DNA of 60,830 bases from Candidatus Moraniibacteriota bacterium (GCA_002747515.1 PDPP01000019.1:1-60830), one strand, 5' to 3'. Positions 35,996 to 45,997 are shown, counted from the first letter of the stretch. Translations and numbers: made by a program. Notes: generated by a model not told the origin, from the letters alone.

Positions 35996-37147
35996 ATGAA
36001 TATTGGAATTAACGCATCTTTTTTACGTAAACCAAATACAGGTATCGGTCAAGTGACGACGCATTTTCTCGAAACACTTGTTAATTTAGAAAGAAGTGAA
36101 AAATCTTTAAAGAATTATAAATTTATTATCTATACAGAAGAAAAGAGCGGTGTGAAATGGCCAAGGAATTTTGTAGAGGAGACTTTTTTGCCATGGTATA
36201 AACGTGATGATTTGTTTCGAAAGTTATTGTGGGAAAAATGGTATTTACCACGTAAAGCTCATAAGAATAAATGTGATGTGCTCATCAGTCTTTATCAATC
36301 AGCAACAGTTATTCACTATACAGATATGAAGCATGTTATGATTGTACATGATATTATTCCACAAATTTTTCCTGAATATCTCAATAATTTGCGTAAAAAA
36401 ATCTATTGGGCAAAAGTAGAAAAAGGAATTTATGCAGCAAATAAAATTGTTACAGTTTCTGAACATACAAAAGTTGATCTAGAATTACGTCTCAATGTAA
36501 AAGCATATAAAACATTTGTGTCAAAGATCGCAGTGGATAATATTTTTGCAGATGATGTTTCTGAGAAGGATTTGAATCGTGTAATGAAAAAATATGGTTT
36601 AGAGAAAGGGAATTATCTCTATACAGGCGGTGGATTGGAAATGCGAAAAGATGTAGATCGAACACTTCGTGCATATAAAAAATTAAAAGAAAGAAATGAA
36701 GATGTACCAAAACTTGTTGTTTCTGGAAAACTGATGCCAGAACTTGCACCGCTAATTATCGATGTAGAACAAATTGTTTTGGATTTGAATCTTGTTGATG
36801 ATGTTGTTATATTGGGATTTGTCGAACAAAAAGATCTTCCTGCACTCTATAAGGGTGCAAAAGTGTTTATTTATCCATCACTTTATGAGGGATTTGGTAT
36901 GCCAGTACTGGAATCAATGAGTGTAGGCACACCTGTGATTACAGCACGTGATACAAGTATTTATGAGGTGAGTGGGGATGCAGCAGTATATGCAGATCAT
37001 GATGATGAGGATTTATGCAATAAGATTGCAGATACTATTGTGGATAAAAACCTTCTCGTTAAGATGAGCTTAGAGGGCAAAGAAAGATCAAAAGAGTTTT
37101 CGTGGTGCAGTTTTGTGAAGGATGTGTTTAATGTTGTTAATTCATAG
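35996..37147 (+). CDS. glycosyltransferase family 4 (GT-B fold)
   Basis: YPSLYEGFGMPVLESMSVGTPVITA (E-x7-E region). 383 aa. AGGGGG RBS. Confidence 0.85.
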   Translation: MNIGINASFLRKPNTGIGQVTTHFLETLVNLERSEKSLKNYKFIIYTEEKSGVKWPRNFVEETFLPWYKRDDLFRKLLWEKWYLPRKAHKNKCDVLISLYQSATVIHYTDMKHVMIVHDIIPQIFPEYLNNLRKKIYWAKVEKGIYAANKIVTVSEHTKVDLELRLNVKAYKTFVSKIAVDNIFADDVSEKDLNRVMKKYGLEKGNYLYTGGGLEMRKDVDRTLRAYKKLKERNEDVPKLVVSGKLMPELAPLIIDVEQIVLDLNLVDDVVILGFVEQKDLPALYKGAKVFIYPSLYEGFGMPVLESMSVGTPVITARDTSIYEVSGDAAVYADHDDEDLCNKIADTIVDKNLLVKMSLEGKERSKEFSWCSFVKDVFNVVNS

Positions 37148-37159
37148 TGTGATATACGT

Positions 37160-38710
37160 ATGAATTTTTCAGTAAAATATACAAAAATACTAACAGTTAT
37201 CAATGTAGCTATTTTGGGCATGTTGATTTTTTTGTATCACATGGGGTATGTAACTCATGTGCCATTTTGGGTGTTTATTATATTTTGTATTGTAGTATTT
37301 GGATTGACATTATATCGGCCAATCATGATTTTTGCATTGTTTGTGGGTTTATTACCTTTGGAAATTATTAGCATTGCACCAGAAATGTTTGACTTTTCTG
37401 TACGGCCATATCAGGCGATGGCTGTTTTTATGACTTTAGGAATGATTGGTGTGACAGTTGTTCGTCCTGATATACGTGAGAAGTTTGTATGGAATATTTT
37501 TGACACTGTTATTACACTTTTTTTGTTTTCGGGCATTATAAGTGCTGTGTGTACAGATATTTCACAACATGTATGGATGCAAACAGTAATTTTTTGTACA
37601 TTTGGATTATTGTATTTTGTAACTCGGTTTTTTGTCACAGAAAAAACAAATATTATCGAATTAATGCCGATTATCATATCAAGTGGTGGTGTAATTGGTG
37701 CATATGCAATCGCACAAAATATTTTTTTTGCAGTGGGTTGGTTGCATATGGAAATTATGCCCGGAAGACCAAATGCAACTTTTGCAGAACCTGATTGGCT
37801 TGGATTTTATTTCGTTTTTGTGCTTGCAGTATATCTTTCGTATTTATATTACAATGCAAAACAAAAACATATAAGGAAATTTTGTGATGTTGTATTGTAT
37901 AGTATAATGCTTTTAATCTCAATTGCACTTATATTGACTGTGGCGCGTAGTGCGTGGCTTGGAGCAGGTGTGGTATTTTGTGTGTATTTTTTAGTGTTGA
38001 TTGTACAAAAAAGATATAAACTTTTCTTGAGACATGTTTTGTGGAATGGATCTTTGGTTGTGTGTAGTATTTTTTTAGTGCTTACTTTTGATTTGACGAT
38101 ATTTGAATTAGGTAATCGTGTACAAAGCACGGGAACAGGTGATCAAGAGATTACAGTATCATGTGTTTCAAATGCGTCGCAGAAGACACTCATTGACATG
38201 GGTCATATCTCGAATATTGGAGTTTTGGATGAATACGAATGTCGTCATATTGATTTAGAAGAAATTCAGGCAGAAGAACTCGCAGGGCATCATGTGTTTA
38301 AAATGATGCGCGATGATCCAAATATCACTATACGAGCAAATGTGTACAAAAAAATAATAACAGCGATTGCAGAACAACCAATTACTGGGCGTGGATGGGG
38401 GAGTGGTGGTGAGATTCTTGGTACTGATGAGGCAGGCACGTCACTGAATACAAGTAATATCTTTTTGGAGATTGCATTAGCTTCAGGCATTCTCGGCATA
38501 GGCACTTTTCTTTCTTTGCTCTTTGTAATTATTTTCTATACGTTCCATATTTTACGAAAGTCACGTGATGTAGTGGATAATAGCATTGCACTTTTTGCTT
38601 TACTTGGATTGGTGGCGATTTTTGTACCAAATATGTTTAATGCGGGATTACTCATGGGATTTGTGTGGGTATATTTTGGTTTTGTTGCAATTTTACGAAA
38701 ATTGTCGTAG
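37160..38710 (+). CDS. O-antigen ligase / Wzy-like polymerase family membrane protein
   Basis: 516 aa with more than 10 helices and a large external loop. LTVARSAWLGAG resembles the Wzy_C/O-antigen-ligase arginine motif. Confidence 0.68.
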   Translation: MNFSVKYTKILTVINVAILGMLIFLYHMGYVTHVPFWVFIIFCIVVFGLTLYRPIMIFALFVGLLPLEIISIAPEMFDFSVRPYQAMAVFMTLGMIGVTVVRPDIREKFVWNIFDTVITLFLFSGIISAVCTDISQHVWMQTVIFCTFGLLYFVTRFFVTEKTNIIELMPIIISSGGVIGAYAIAQNIFFAVGWLHMEIMPGRPNATFAEPDWLGFYFVFVLAVYLSYLYYNAKQKHIRKFCDVVLYSIMLLISIALILTVARSAWLGAGVVFCVYFLVLIVQKRYKLFLRHVLWNGSLVVCSIFLVLTFDLTIFELGNRVQSTGTGDQEITVSCVSNASQKTLIDMGHISNIGVLDEYECRHIDLEEIQAEELAGHHVFKMMRDDPNITIRANVYKKIITAIAEQPITGRGWGSGGEILGTDEAGTSLNTSNIFLEIALASGILGIGTFLSLLFVIIFYTFHILRKSRDVVDNSIALFALLGLVAIFVPNMFNAGLLMGFVWVYFGFVAILRKLS

Positions 38711-38758
38711 GCTTGTAGCAAGCACTACCAAAACAATCAAAAAAACAAGGAGATAGTG

Positions 38759-38965
38759 ATGAGCGCACTAAAAAACATCATTGGCAGAAACATTATATAT
38801 GCACCGACTGATGAAATTGAGTTTTTCTGTATTTGTGAAGAAGCGGATAATGGTTTGTGTCGTTTACGAGAAGTAGACACTGGTCATGTGCATTGTATGT
38901 TTGGTGAATTAATGGCACAAAGTTTGTTAGAAGGAAAAGAGGTGTCTCAAATGGAGTTAGTGTAG
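38759..38965 (+). CDS. hypothetical small Cys/His-containing protein (68 aa)
   Basis: ATG 38759, with GGAG 6 nt upstream. FFCICEE..GLCRL..GHVHC. A strong terminator follows. Confidence 0.4.
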   Translation: MSALKNIIGRNIIYAPTDEIEFFCICEEADNGLCRLREVDTGHVHCMFGELMAQSLLEGKEVSQMELV

Positions 38966-38973
38966 TATTTTTT

Positions 38974-39014
38974 GCAGGATTATGACAAATGTCATAATCC
39001 TGCTTTTCTTTATT
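38974..39014 (+). terminator. Rho-independent terminator
   Basis: Perfect 13-bp stem gcaggattatgac (38974-38986) / gtcataatcctgc (38991-39003), followed by ttttctttattttt. Confidence 0.85.
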
Positions 39015-39083
39015 TTTAATGTGGAGAATGTTATAATGCGTATCATTGTATGATGTATTTTATATTTTTTTTCGGCAGTAATT

Positions 39084-39638
39084 ATGAGTAAAGTTATTAT
39101 TGTCACAGGTGCACCAGGAACAGGAAAAACGTTTTTTGTAAATCGCATTTCTACAGAGTTTTCGTTGCCAGTATTTGCAAAAGACACTATAAAGGAAGTT
39201 CTTTTTGAAACGATTGATATGACAGATCGTGCGTTTGGAAAGAAGCTTGGCGCTGCTAGTTTTGAGTTGATGTATGTTATTGTAGAGCAATTAATGTGTT
39301 CTGGAATGACATGTGTTTTAGAGGGAAATTTTGATAGTCAATTTGCAAGTCCAATTTTGAATCAATTATCTAAAAAGTATACATGTAATTTTTTACAATT
39401 TAATTTCTTTGCAGATGTAGATGAAACGGTAAAAAGAGTAAAAGACAGATGGGAAAGCGGTGAGCGACATAAAGGTCATATGGATTTTAAGAATTATGAA
39501 TTAGTAAAAAGATATGGTGGAAAAATTAAACCAGTGCACATTAAAGGGGAGTTAGTTGAAGTTGATACAACGGATTTTACTATCGTGAATTATGATGAAT
39601 TGACAGATAAAATAAAACAATTTTTAGAGAAGAAATAA
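39084..39638 (+). CDS. P-loop NTPase / small-molecule kinase-like protein (AAA_33-like)
   Basis: Walker A motif VIIVTGAPGTGKT. 184 aa. Overall size and layout match shikimate/gluconate/chloramphenicol-phosphotransferase-like kinases. Substrate unknown. Confidence 0.6.
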   Translation: MSKVIIVTGAPGTGKTFFVNRISTEFSLPVFAKDTIKEVLFETIDMTDRAFGKKLGAASFELMYVIVEQLMCSGMTCVLEGNFDSQFASPILNQLSKKYTCNFLQFNFFADVDETVKRVKDRWESGERHKGHMDFKNYELVKRYGGKIKPVHIKGELVEVDTTDFTIVNYDELTDKIKQFLEKK

Positions 39639-39653
39639 TTAATGAAGTAGAAC

Positions 39654-40781
39654 ATGAAAATCGCGATTGATATACGAAATATTGGCAAAAAACGCACAGG
39701 AGATGAGGTAGTGTTTTTTGAATTAGTGCGTCATCTTACAAATATTGATTGTGACAATGAATATCACCTTTTGATTGATAATCGGCCTGAAGAAGATATT
39801 ATACAAATTAAAAATCGCTTGAGGATTGCACAGAAGAAAAATTTTACTATTGTGCAAGTTGGAAGTGGTAATAAATTTGTGTGGAATGGATGGATGGTTT
39901 CACAGTATTGTCGTCAAGAAAAAATTGATATTTACCACACGCAGTATATTGTGCCGATTTTTATGCCAAAATTTACAAAAATTGTGACACATATTCACGA
40001 TGTGTCTTTTCGTGTGTATAAAAATTTGATTTCTAAAAAAGATTCTTTTTTTCTTAATACGCTCATTCCATGGTCATTGCGCCGTGCAGATAAAATTATT
40101 GCTGTGTCACAATTTACAAAAGAGGAAATTATAAAATTTTATCATGTGCCAGAGGATAAAATTTTTGTAGTACATAATGCATCAAGCATGATATGTAATG
40201 ATGTGAATATGGAAACTATACGTGTAAAATATCATTTGCCACAAAAATATATTCTTACGCTTGGTACGATGCAGCCACGAAAAAATATTCCATGTGTGAT
40301 TCGGGCATTTGCACAAATTGCAGATAAAATTCCAGATACTTTTTTGGTTCTTGCAGGGAAAAAAGCACATAATTTTGATGAAACGATTGAAAAAATTATT
40401 GCGGATAAAGTAAATATAAAAAATCGTATTATTTTTACAGGATATATTGATGAAGAAGATAAATGTGCAGTGTATGCAATGGCAGATGTTTTTGTATTCC
40501 CATCTCTTTATGAAGGATTTGGTGTGCCAATATTAGAAGCACTTTGTGCAGGTGTACCGGTAATTGCAAGTAATATTGCGCCACACAAGGAAGTGGCTGG
40601 GAATGCGGTGAAATATTTTGATCCAAAAAATATTGACCAGTGTGCAAGAGTGTTGTATGATGTTTTGGATAATGATAATATAAGGAAGACTGTTGATACA
40701 ATTGCAACAATGCAAAAAGAAAAATTTTCATGGCATAAATCAGCTAAGGATTTATACATGATTTACCAGTCTTTTTTATAA
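39654..40781 (+). CDS. glycosyltransferase family 4 (GT-B fold)
   Basis: FPSLYEGFGVPILEALCAGVPVIASN (E-x7-E region). 375 aa. Confidence 0.85.
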   Translation: MKIAIDIRNIGKKRTGDEVVFFELVRHLTNIDCDNEYHLLIDNRPEEDIIQIKNRLRIAQKKNFTIVQVGSGNKFVWNGWMVSQYCRQEKIDIYHTQYIVPIFMPKFTKIVTHIHDVSFRVYKNLISKKDSFFLNTLIPWSLRRADKIIAVSQFTKEEIIKFYHVPEDKIFVVHNASSMICNDVNMETIRVKYHLPQKYILTLGTMQPRKNIPCVIRAFAQIADKIPDTFLVLAGKKAHNFDETIEKIIADKVNIKNRIIFTGYIDEEDKCAVYAMADVFVFPSLYEGFGVPILEALCAGVPVIASNIAPHKEVAGNAVKYFDPKNIDQCARVLYDVLDNDNIRKTVDTIATMQKEKFSWHKSAKDLYMIYQSFL

Positions 40782-40822
40782 AAGAAGTTGAGGTTTATTT
40801 TTTATTTTAATGTACAAGTTAC

Positions 40823-42007
40823 ATGAAAAAACAAAATGTATCAGGACCATTTAATAATAATCAATGGGAAAAGCCTGTAAAAAAACGTAGTAAGAAAAAG
40901 TGGATTATTACAAGTATTATTATTACACTTTTTCTTGGGGGAGGTGTGTTTGCTGTGACATATATAATTAATAAAGTCGCACCAAATAGTAATGTTTTAG
41001 GGTCTTTGGCAAAAAATTTGTCAATTACGGAAAACAAGCTTGATGGCGAAGAAGAGGGGCGTATAAATGTTGTGCTTTTAGGTATGCGTGGTAAAGGTGT
41101 TGAGGGCGGCGGTACGCTTGCTGATACGATTATGGTATTAAGTATTCATCGTTATGCGGATGCAGAAGGTAAAGATCAGTATAAAGCAGCAATGGTGTCT
41201 GTTCCTCGTGATCTTTATGTAACGATGCCGGGCACAACAAATAACATGAAAATTAATACAGTATATCATTACGGAGAAAAGGAAGGTAAAGGACAGGGCA
41301 TGGAGGCGATGAAACAAATTTTACAAGATATTTCAGGTCAAAAAATGCATTATGCCGCAGAAGTAAATTTTGCAGGATTTAAACAAATTGTCGATGCACT
41401 TGGTGGTGTTGAGGTGAATCTTTCAGAAGATTTTATTGAGCCAGTACAATTTCATGAAGAGCGAGTGTGTGATGGTGCAAATGGAGGAGTGTTTACAGTG
41501 AAGAGTGGAAATTTTGAAACAAAAATTGATCATAGAGGGAAAGTTGTTGCACAATATCCATTATGTTATAACGAAACAGAAGAATGTGGTGGTGTTTTCA
41601 GAGTGCCTGCGGGTGTGTCAATTCTTGATGGAGAAAAGGCGTTGTGTTATGTGCGAGCTCGAGCGACATCTAGTGACTTTGATCGTGCACGACGGCAACA
41701 AGAGGTAATTGGTCAAGTGAAGCAAAAGGCATTATCACTTGGTATACTTTCAGACTTTGGTAAAATACAAGAAATGTTCACCGCACTTGCAGATAATGCA
41801 AATACAGATATGGAACTCTGGGAGATGCAGCGATTCTATAATCTTTATCAGAAGATGGGTGATGATATCTCAGTAGAGCATAAGGTGCTTGAAAATTCCG
41901 AAGAAGGACTGTTGTATTCACACGAGGGTGATGCAAGGGGATATATTCTCATGCCACGTGGTGATACATATGATAAAATTCGTGAGATGTTTGCAAATAT
42001 TATTTAA
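40823..42007 (+). CDS. LytR-CpsA-Psr (LCP) family glycopolymer-peptidoglycan ligase
   Basis: N-terminal anchor helix, then NVVLLGMRG, LADTIMVLSI, VSVPRDLYV and KINTVY, the canonical LCP blocks. Confidence 0.85.
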   Translation: MKKQNVSGPFNNNQWEKPVKKRSKKKWIITSIIITLFLGGGVFAVTYIINKVAPNSNVLGSLAKNLSITENKLDGEEEGRINVVLLGMRGKGVEGGGTLADTIMVLSIHRYADAEGKDQYKAAMVSVPRDLYVTMPGTTNNMKINTVYHYGEKEGKGQGMEAMKQILQDISGQKMHYAAEVNFAGFKQIVDALGGVEVNLSEDFIEPVQFHEERVCDGANGGVFTVKSGNFETKIDHRGKVVAQYPLCYNETEECGGVFRVPAGVSILDGEKALCYVRARATSSDFDRARRQQEVIGQVKQKALSLGILSDFGKIQEMFTALADNANTDMELWEMQRFYNLYQKMGDDISVEHKVLENSEEGLLYSHEGDARGYILMPRGDTYDKIREMFANII

Positions 42008-42096
42008 CAGGTAAAGTAGCGGTAAGTAGTAAAATGTGCTTGTCTTCACTTAATTGTGAAATGTGTTTTGCAATCTATACGCTTCTAATCAATCTA

Positions 42097-42918
42097 ATGC
42101 CGAAGGTTTCAATAGCAGTACAAAGTTATAAAAATCCAGAGATGCTTTCTCTTTGCATTAAATCAATACAAAAACATTGTGCTGATTTTGATTATGAATT
42201 AATTGTGGCTGATAGTGCAACGGAAGAAGATACAAAGATGATGATGCGCGAAGATTTTTCTGATGTAATTTTTTTGCCACACAAAGAAAATGTGGGATTT
42301 GGTGCAATGGTTAATGCGTGTATTGATCAGGCGAAAGGTGAATATGTGTTTTTTATCAATGCTGATACAATTTTGGAAAATCACACAGTTGAAAAATTTA
42401 TTGCATTTATGGATGAGCATAAAAATGTCGGATTGTGTGGTCCAAAGCAAAAGAATTTTAATGGAAAATATGAAAATACGCGGTTTCGTTTTTATCAACC
42501 ATTGACAATTCTTTATCGACGAACATTTCTTGGAAAAATGAAATTTGCACAAAAACATCTTGAACGATTTGAAATGAAAGATGTAGAAAAAGATGGTCCG
42601 TATCCAGTAGAATGGGTAATTGGTAGTGCAATGTTTGTTCGTAGGAGTATGATGGAAGAAGTGGGAAAGATGGATAGTCGGTTTTTTATGTATATGGAAG
42701 ATGTGGATTGGTGTCGGCGATTTTGGGAGAAAGGGTTTCTTGTATGTTACAACCCACAAATTACGATGTATCACTTCTACGGTAAGGGAAGTGCAAAAGG
42801 TGGTATATTAAAAGGATTATTGTTCAATCGCTTGACTTGGATACATATTTCAAGTGGTATTAAATATTTTAAGAAATACAAAGATCGACCAATGCCAGAA
42901 ATTGCAGAGTCGCTTTAA
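42097..42918 (+). CDS. glycosyltransferase family 2
   Basis: Trimmed to ATG 42097 (MPKVSIAVQSYKN). LIVADSATEEDT, FINADT and YMEDVDWCRR are GT2 (rhamnosyltransferase-like) blocks. Confidence 0.83.
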   Translation: MPKVSIAVQSYKNPEMLSLCIKSIQKHCADFDYELIVADSATEEDTKMMMREDFSDVIFLPHKENVGFGAMVNACIDQAKGEYVFFINADTILENHTVEKFIAFMDEHKNVGLCGPKQKNFNGKYENTRFRFYQPLTILYRRTFLGKMKFAQKHLERFEMKDVEKDGPYPVEWVIGSAMFVRRSMMEEVGKMDSRFFMYMEDVDWCRRFWEKGFLVCYNPQITMYHFYGKGSAKGGILKGLLFNRLTWIHISSGIKYFKKYKDRPMPEIAESL

Positions 42919-42926
42919 AATCAATT

Positions 42927-44228
42927 ATGGATCATAAAAATGCTACAATTAATACAGATACTACACAAAATAGTATAAAAAGCAAAAAAGGTACGTCACG
43001 TGTTTTAGTCTTTTTTTCTGCATTGTTTTTTTCTGCATTGTTTTTTGCTATTGGATTTAACATGGGAAAAGATCAGGTAAAAAAAGATGTACCATTTGAT
43101 CTTGCGATTGTAGAAAATAAAGAGGGAGAAAATGTTGATTTTGGATTGTTTTGGGATGTGTGGGATCTCGTTAAAGAAAAATACGTTGATCATGACAATC
43201 TGAAAGCAGAAGACATGATTCACGGAGCGATTAATGGAATGCTTTCTGCAACGGGAGATCCGTATACAAACTTTCTTGATCCAGAACAATTTGCAGAACT
43301 GAGTGAAGAACTCAGAGGGAGTTTTGAAGGAATTGGTGCAGAGGTCGGTATGAAAGATGGAATTGTGACAATTGTTGCGCCACTTGAAGATTCTCCAGCA
43401 GAAAAAGCGGGTCTGAGAGCAGGAGATAAAGTCGTGGAGATTGAGGGGGAGTCCACATCTGATATGACAATTGACGATGCAGTTAAGCGTATGCGTGGAG
43501 AAAAGGGGACAGAATTGCATTTGAGAATTTTTCGACTTAAGGATGAAACAACAGACACACAGGATATTACCGTAATTCGTGATGTAATTCGCTTAGATAG
43601 TGTGAAGACAGAATTTTTGGATGGTGGTATCGCGCATGTAAAAATTATGCAATTTGGGGACAATACAATTCGGGAATTCAATCAAGCAGTTGTGGATATT
43701 CGTAAAAATCAAGTCAAAGGGATGATTGTTGATTTGCGTAATAATCCTGGTGGTATTTTGAATACAGCAGTTGTGCTTTCAAGTAAATTTTTGTCAAATG
43801 ATGTAGTAGTTGTGATTGAAGAGGATGCAAAAGATCATCGGAAAAATCATTATACAACGGGCAAACATCCATTTGTGCATATGCCTATAGTAATCCTCAT
43901 TAATGAGGGAAGTGCAAGTGCGTCTGAGATTCTTGCTGGAGCACTGAGAGATAATCGTGAAGATGTGAAAATTGTGGGCGAGCAGTCATTTGGAAAAGGT
44001 TCTGTACAAGAGCTTATCCCTACATCTGCAACGACAGCAGCAAAAATCACAGTGGCAAAATGGCTTACGCCAAATGGAGAACAAATCAATGATCATGGGA
44101 TTACGCCAGATGAGGTGGTTGAATATACAAGTGAAGATTATGAAAATGATCGTGATCCACAACGTGATCGTGCGATTGAGATTATAACCGAATCAATTAA
44201 AGAGAAGGAAAAAGAGATGGACAATTAA
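42927..44228 (+). CDS. ctpA: S41-family carboxy-terminal processing peptidase
   Basis: PDZ segment GLRAGDKVVEIEG, DLRNNPGG, ILINEGSASASEI (catalytic Ser) and SFGKGSVQ (catalytic Lys). The TM anchor contains a perfect 15-bp tandem duplication (43011-43040). Confidence 0.9.
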   Translation: MDHKNATINTDTTQNSIKSKKGTSRVLVFFSALFFSALFFAIGFNMGKDQVKKDVPFDLAIVENKEGENVDFGLFWDVWDLVKEKYVDHDNLKAEDMIHGAINGMLSATGDPYTNFLDPEQFAELSEELRGSFEGIGAEVGMKDGIVTIVAPLEDSPAEKAGLRAGDKVVEIEGESTSDMTIDDAVKRMRGEKGTELHLRIFRLKDETTDTQDITVIRDVIRLDSVKTEFLDGGIAHVKIMQFGDNTIREFNQAVVDIRKNQVKGMIVDLRNNPGGILNTAVVLSSKFLSNDVVVVIEEDAKDHRKNHYTTGKHPFVHMPIVILINEGSASASEILAGALRDNREDVKIVGEQSFGKGSVQELIPTSATTAAKITVAKWLTPNGEQINDHGITPDEVVEYTSEDYENDRDPQRDRAIEIITESIKEKEKEMDN

Positions 44229-44276
44229 TATCATTTTAGACAGGTTCTTGGTAACGAGTAACAAACAAGCACACAG

Positions 44277-44310
44277 AGGACAGAATATTTTTCTGTCCTT
44301 ATTGTTTTTA
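44277..44310 (+). terminator. Rho-independent terminator
   Basis: aggacagaa (44277-44285) pairs with ttctgtcct (44291-44299), followed by tattgttttt. Confidence 0.75.
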
Positions 44311-44489
44311 TAGTCTTTGTTATGGTGATAGTGTGCTTGTAGATATTTTTTGATGCAACACTTCCCAAGACAACACAATCAGATCAAACACAAATCAAAA
44401 CAAGAGGAATCACAAAATGGTTTGGAAATATACGGATGAAGAATTAGGGTTTTGGGAATAGTGTGTGCATTGATGAAATAATAGAAGTT

Positions 44490-44516
44490 TTAGCACTGTA
44501 CTTGACCAAGTGCTAG
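44490..44516. promoter_or_regulatory. CIRCE operator (HrcA binding site)
   Basis: ttagcactg-N9-aagtgctag compared with consensus TTAGCACTC-N9-GAGTGCTAA. It lies directly upstream of groES. Confidence 0.8.
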
Positions 44517-44529
44517 TTTTTGGTATAAT
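44502..44529 (+). promoter_or_regulatory. sigma70-type promoter of groES, overlapping CIRCE
   Basis: TTGACC (44502-44507, inside the CIRCE spacer), 16-nt spacer, TATAAT (44524-44529). Confidence 0.65.
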
Positions 44530-44567
44530 TTAGTGTGTTTGATGAGTTATTTTTTAACCTAAAAGAT

Positions 44568-44840
44568 ATGAGTACAACGATTACGCCACTTGGCGAAAAT
44601 GTATTGATTAAAATGGAGGTGCCAGAGACACAGACTGCAGCAGGTATTTATATTCCAGAGACTGCTTCAAATGATAAATCACAACAGGGTGTTGTAGAGG
44701 CAATTGGAGAAAGTGAAAAAATTACAGTTAAAAAAGGACAAACTGTGATTTTTAAAAAATATGGTGGAGAAGAAGTAAAGGTTGATGGAAAGGAATATGT
44801 CATTGTGAAAATAGAAGATGTGATTGCAGTTGTCGAATAA
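44568..44840 (+). CDS. groES: co-chaperonin GroES
   Basis: Trimmed to ATG 44568. ITPLGENVLIK..TAAGIYIPE..QGVVEAIG..VKKGQTVIFKKYGGEEV. 90 aa. Confidence 0.92.
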   Translation: MSTTITPLGENVLIKMEVPETQTAAGIYIPETASNDKSQQGVVEAIGESEKITVKKGQTVIFKKYGGEEVKVDGKEYVIVKIEDVIAVVE

Positions 44841-44850
44841 ATTTATATAA

Positions 44851-44878
44851 AAAACTCGGGATTGAACCGAGTTTTTTC
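44851..44878 (+). terminator. Rho-independent terminator immediately after groES
   Basis: aaaactcgg (44851-44859) pairs with ccgagtttt (44868-44876), followed by a T-run. Confidence 0.8.
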
Positions 44879-44891
44879 TATAGGTAAATGT

Positions 44892-45875
44892 ATGTATATA
44901 AAAGATCGTATTTATGGGGAAGTGAAAATTGACGAAGATGTAATTGTTGCAATTATAAATTCAGAGGATTTTCAACGTCTTAAGGGTGTGGATCAGGCTG
45001 GATATTTTGATGTATATTTTCCTGGCACGAAACATTCACGGTTTGAACATTCTGTCGGTTGTTACATTTTATTAAAAAAATTTGGCGCATCTCTAGAAGA
45101 ACAAATTGCTGGTCTCATCCATGATTTGTCGCATACAGCTTTTTCTCATACAGCTGATTATGTGTTTAGAGAGGGAAGTGAAGCAAAGCACAATTATCAG
45201 GATAATATTTTTGAGGATTTTGTGAAAACAACAGAAATCTCGCATATTTTAGAAAAATATGGCTATGATATTGCGTATATTTTGAATGAAGAAAACTTTC
45301 CTTTACAAGAAAATGATTTGCCAGATATTTGTGCAGATCGTATTGATTATTCTCTTAGAGGCATGTGTATTTATATGAACATAGAGCAAAAAGAGATAAA
45401 GTATTTTTTGGATCATCTTTTAGCAAAAGAAGGGCAATGGTTTTTTGATACATATGAGGTGGCAATGCGTTATGCCGAGCTGTTCAAGGATCTCAACGAC
45501 GTATATTATGCAAATAAAGAAACGGCAGCAATGTTTTATAATACGGCACAATGGTTACTACATGCTATTGAACATCAATATATTAAGCACGCTGATGTTT
45601 TTACAACAGATGTGACTGTAATTAATAAGATTAATAAACATTTGTCAAAAGATGCGGATTTGTGTATGAAGTGGCAAAAAATGAATGATCCACACATTAT
45701 ACTCGGTCAAAATGGTGAAGAAGGAGTTGTAGAGGTGGTTGTAAAATCGCGTGTTATTGATCCATTTTTCTATGAAAAAGGGCATATAATGCGTGTTTCA
45801 GAAAAAAATGATAAATGGAAAGATGTTGTGCGAAAAGGATTGGAGCCAAAAATGCATTATTTGAAGACTGTTTGA
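44892..45875 (+). CDS. HD-domain phosphohydrolase (COG1078/SAMHD1-like family)
   Basis: Trimmed to ATG 44892 because the terminator occupies 44851-44878. FQRLKGVDQAG..HSRFEHSVG..AGLIHDLSH matches the N-terminal pattern of this HD family. Confidence 0.75.
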   Translation: MYIKDRIYGEVKIDEDVIVAIINSEDFQRLKGVDQAGYFDVYFPGTKHSRFEHSVGCYILLKKFGASLEEQIAGLIHDLSHTAFSHTADYVFREGSEAKHNYQDNIFEDFVKTTEISHILEKYGYDIAYILNEENFPLQENDLPDICADRIDYSLRGMCIYMNIEQKEIKYFLDHLLAKEGQWFFDTYEVAMRYAELFKDLNDVYYANKETAAMFYNTAQWLLHAIEHQYIKHADVFTTDVTVINKINKHLSKDADLCMKWQKMNDPHIILGQNGEEGVVEVVVKSRVIDPFFYEKGHIMRVSEKNDKWKDVVRKGLEPKMHYLKTV

Positions 45876-45997
45876 GTTAAAAAAATGTTCAAGAACTGAT
45901 ATTTGCGTACAGACGTCAAAAATGGTATACTTATTTCGTTTACAATGCTTTTTGATAAGTATTGTGTTATACAATCAATAGATATTTCACAAAAAAT

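Noticed and set aside
38420-38450. A CUGAUGAG string suggesting a hammerhead ribozyme core.
   Set aside because: There is no matching GAAA/stem architecture around it, and it lies inside the well-supported O-antigen-ligase-like CDS.
43011-43040. Perfect 15-bp tandem duplication ttttttctgcattgt x2 in the ctpA membrane anchor (FSALFFSALF).
   Set aside because: It is real and in-frame, but it merely lengthens a hydrophobic anchor by five residues. It is probably a trivial recent slippage event.
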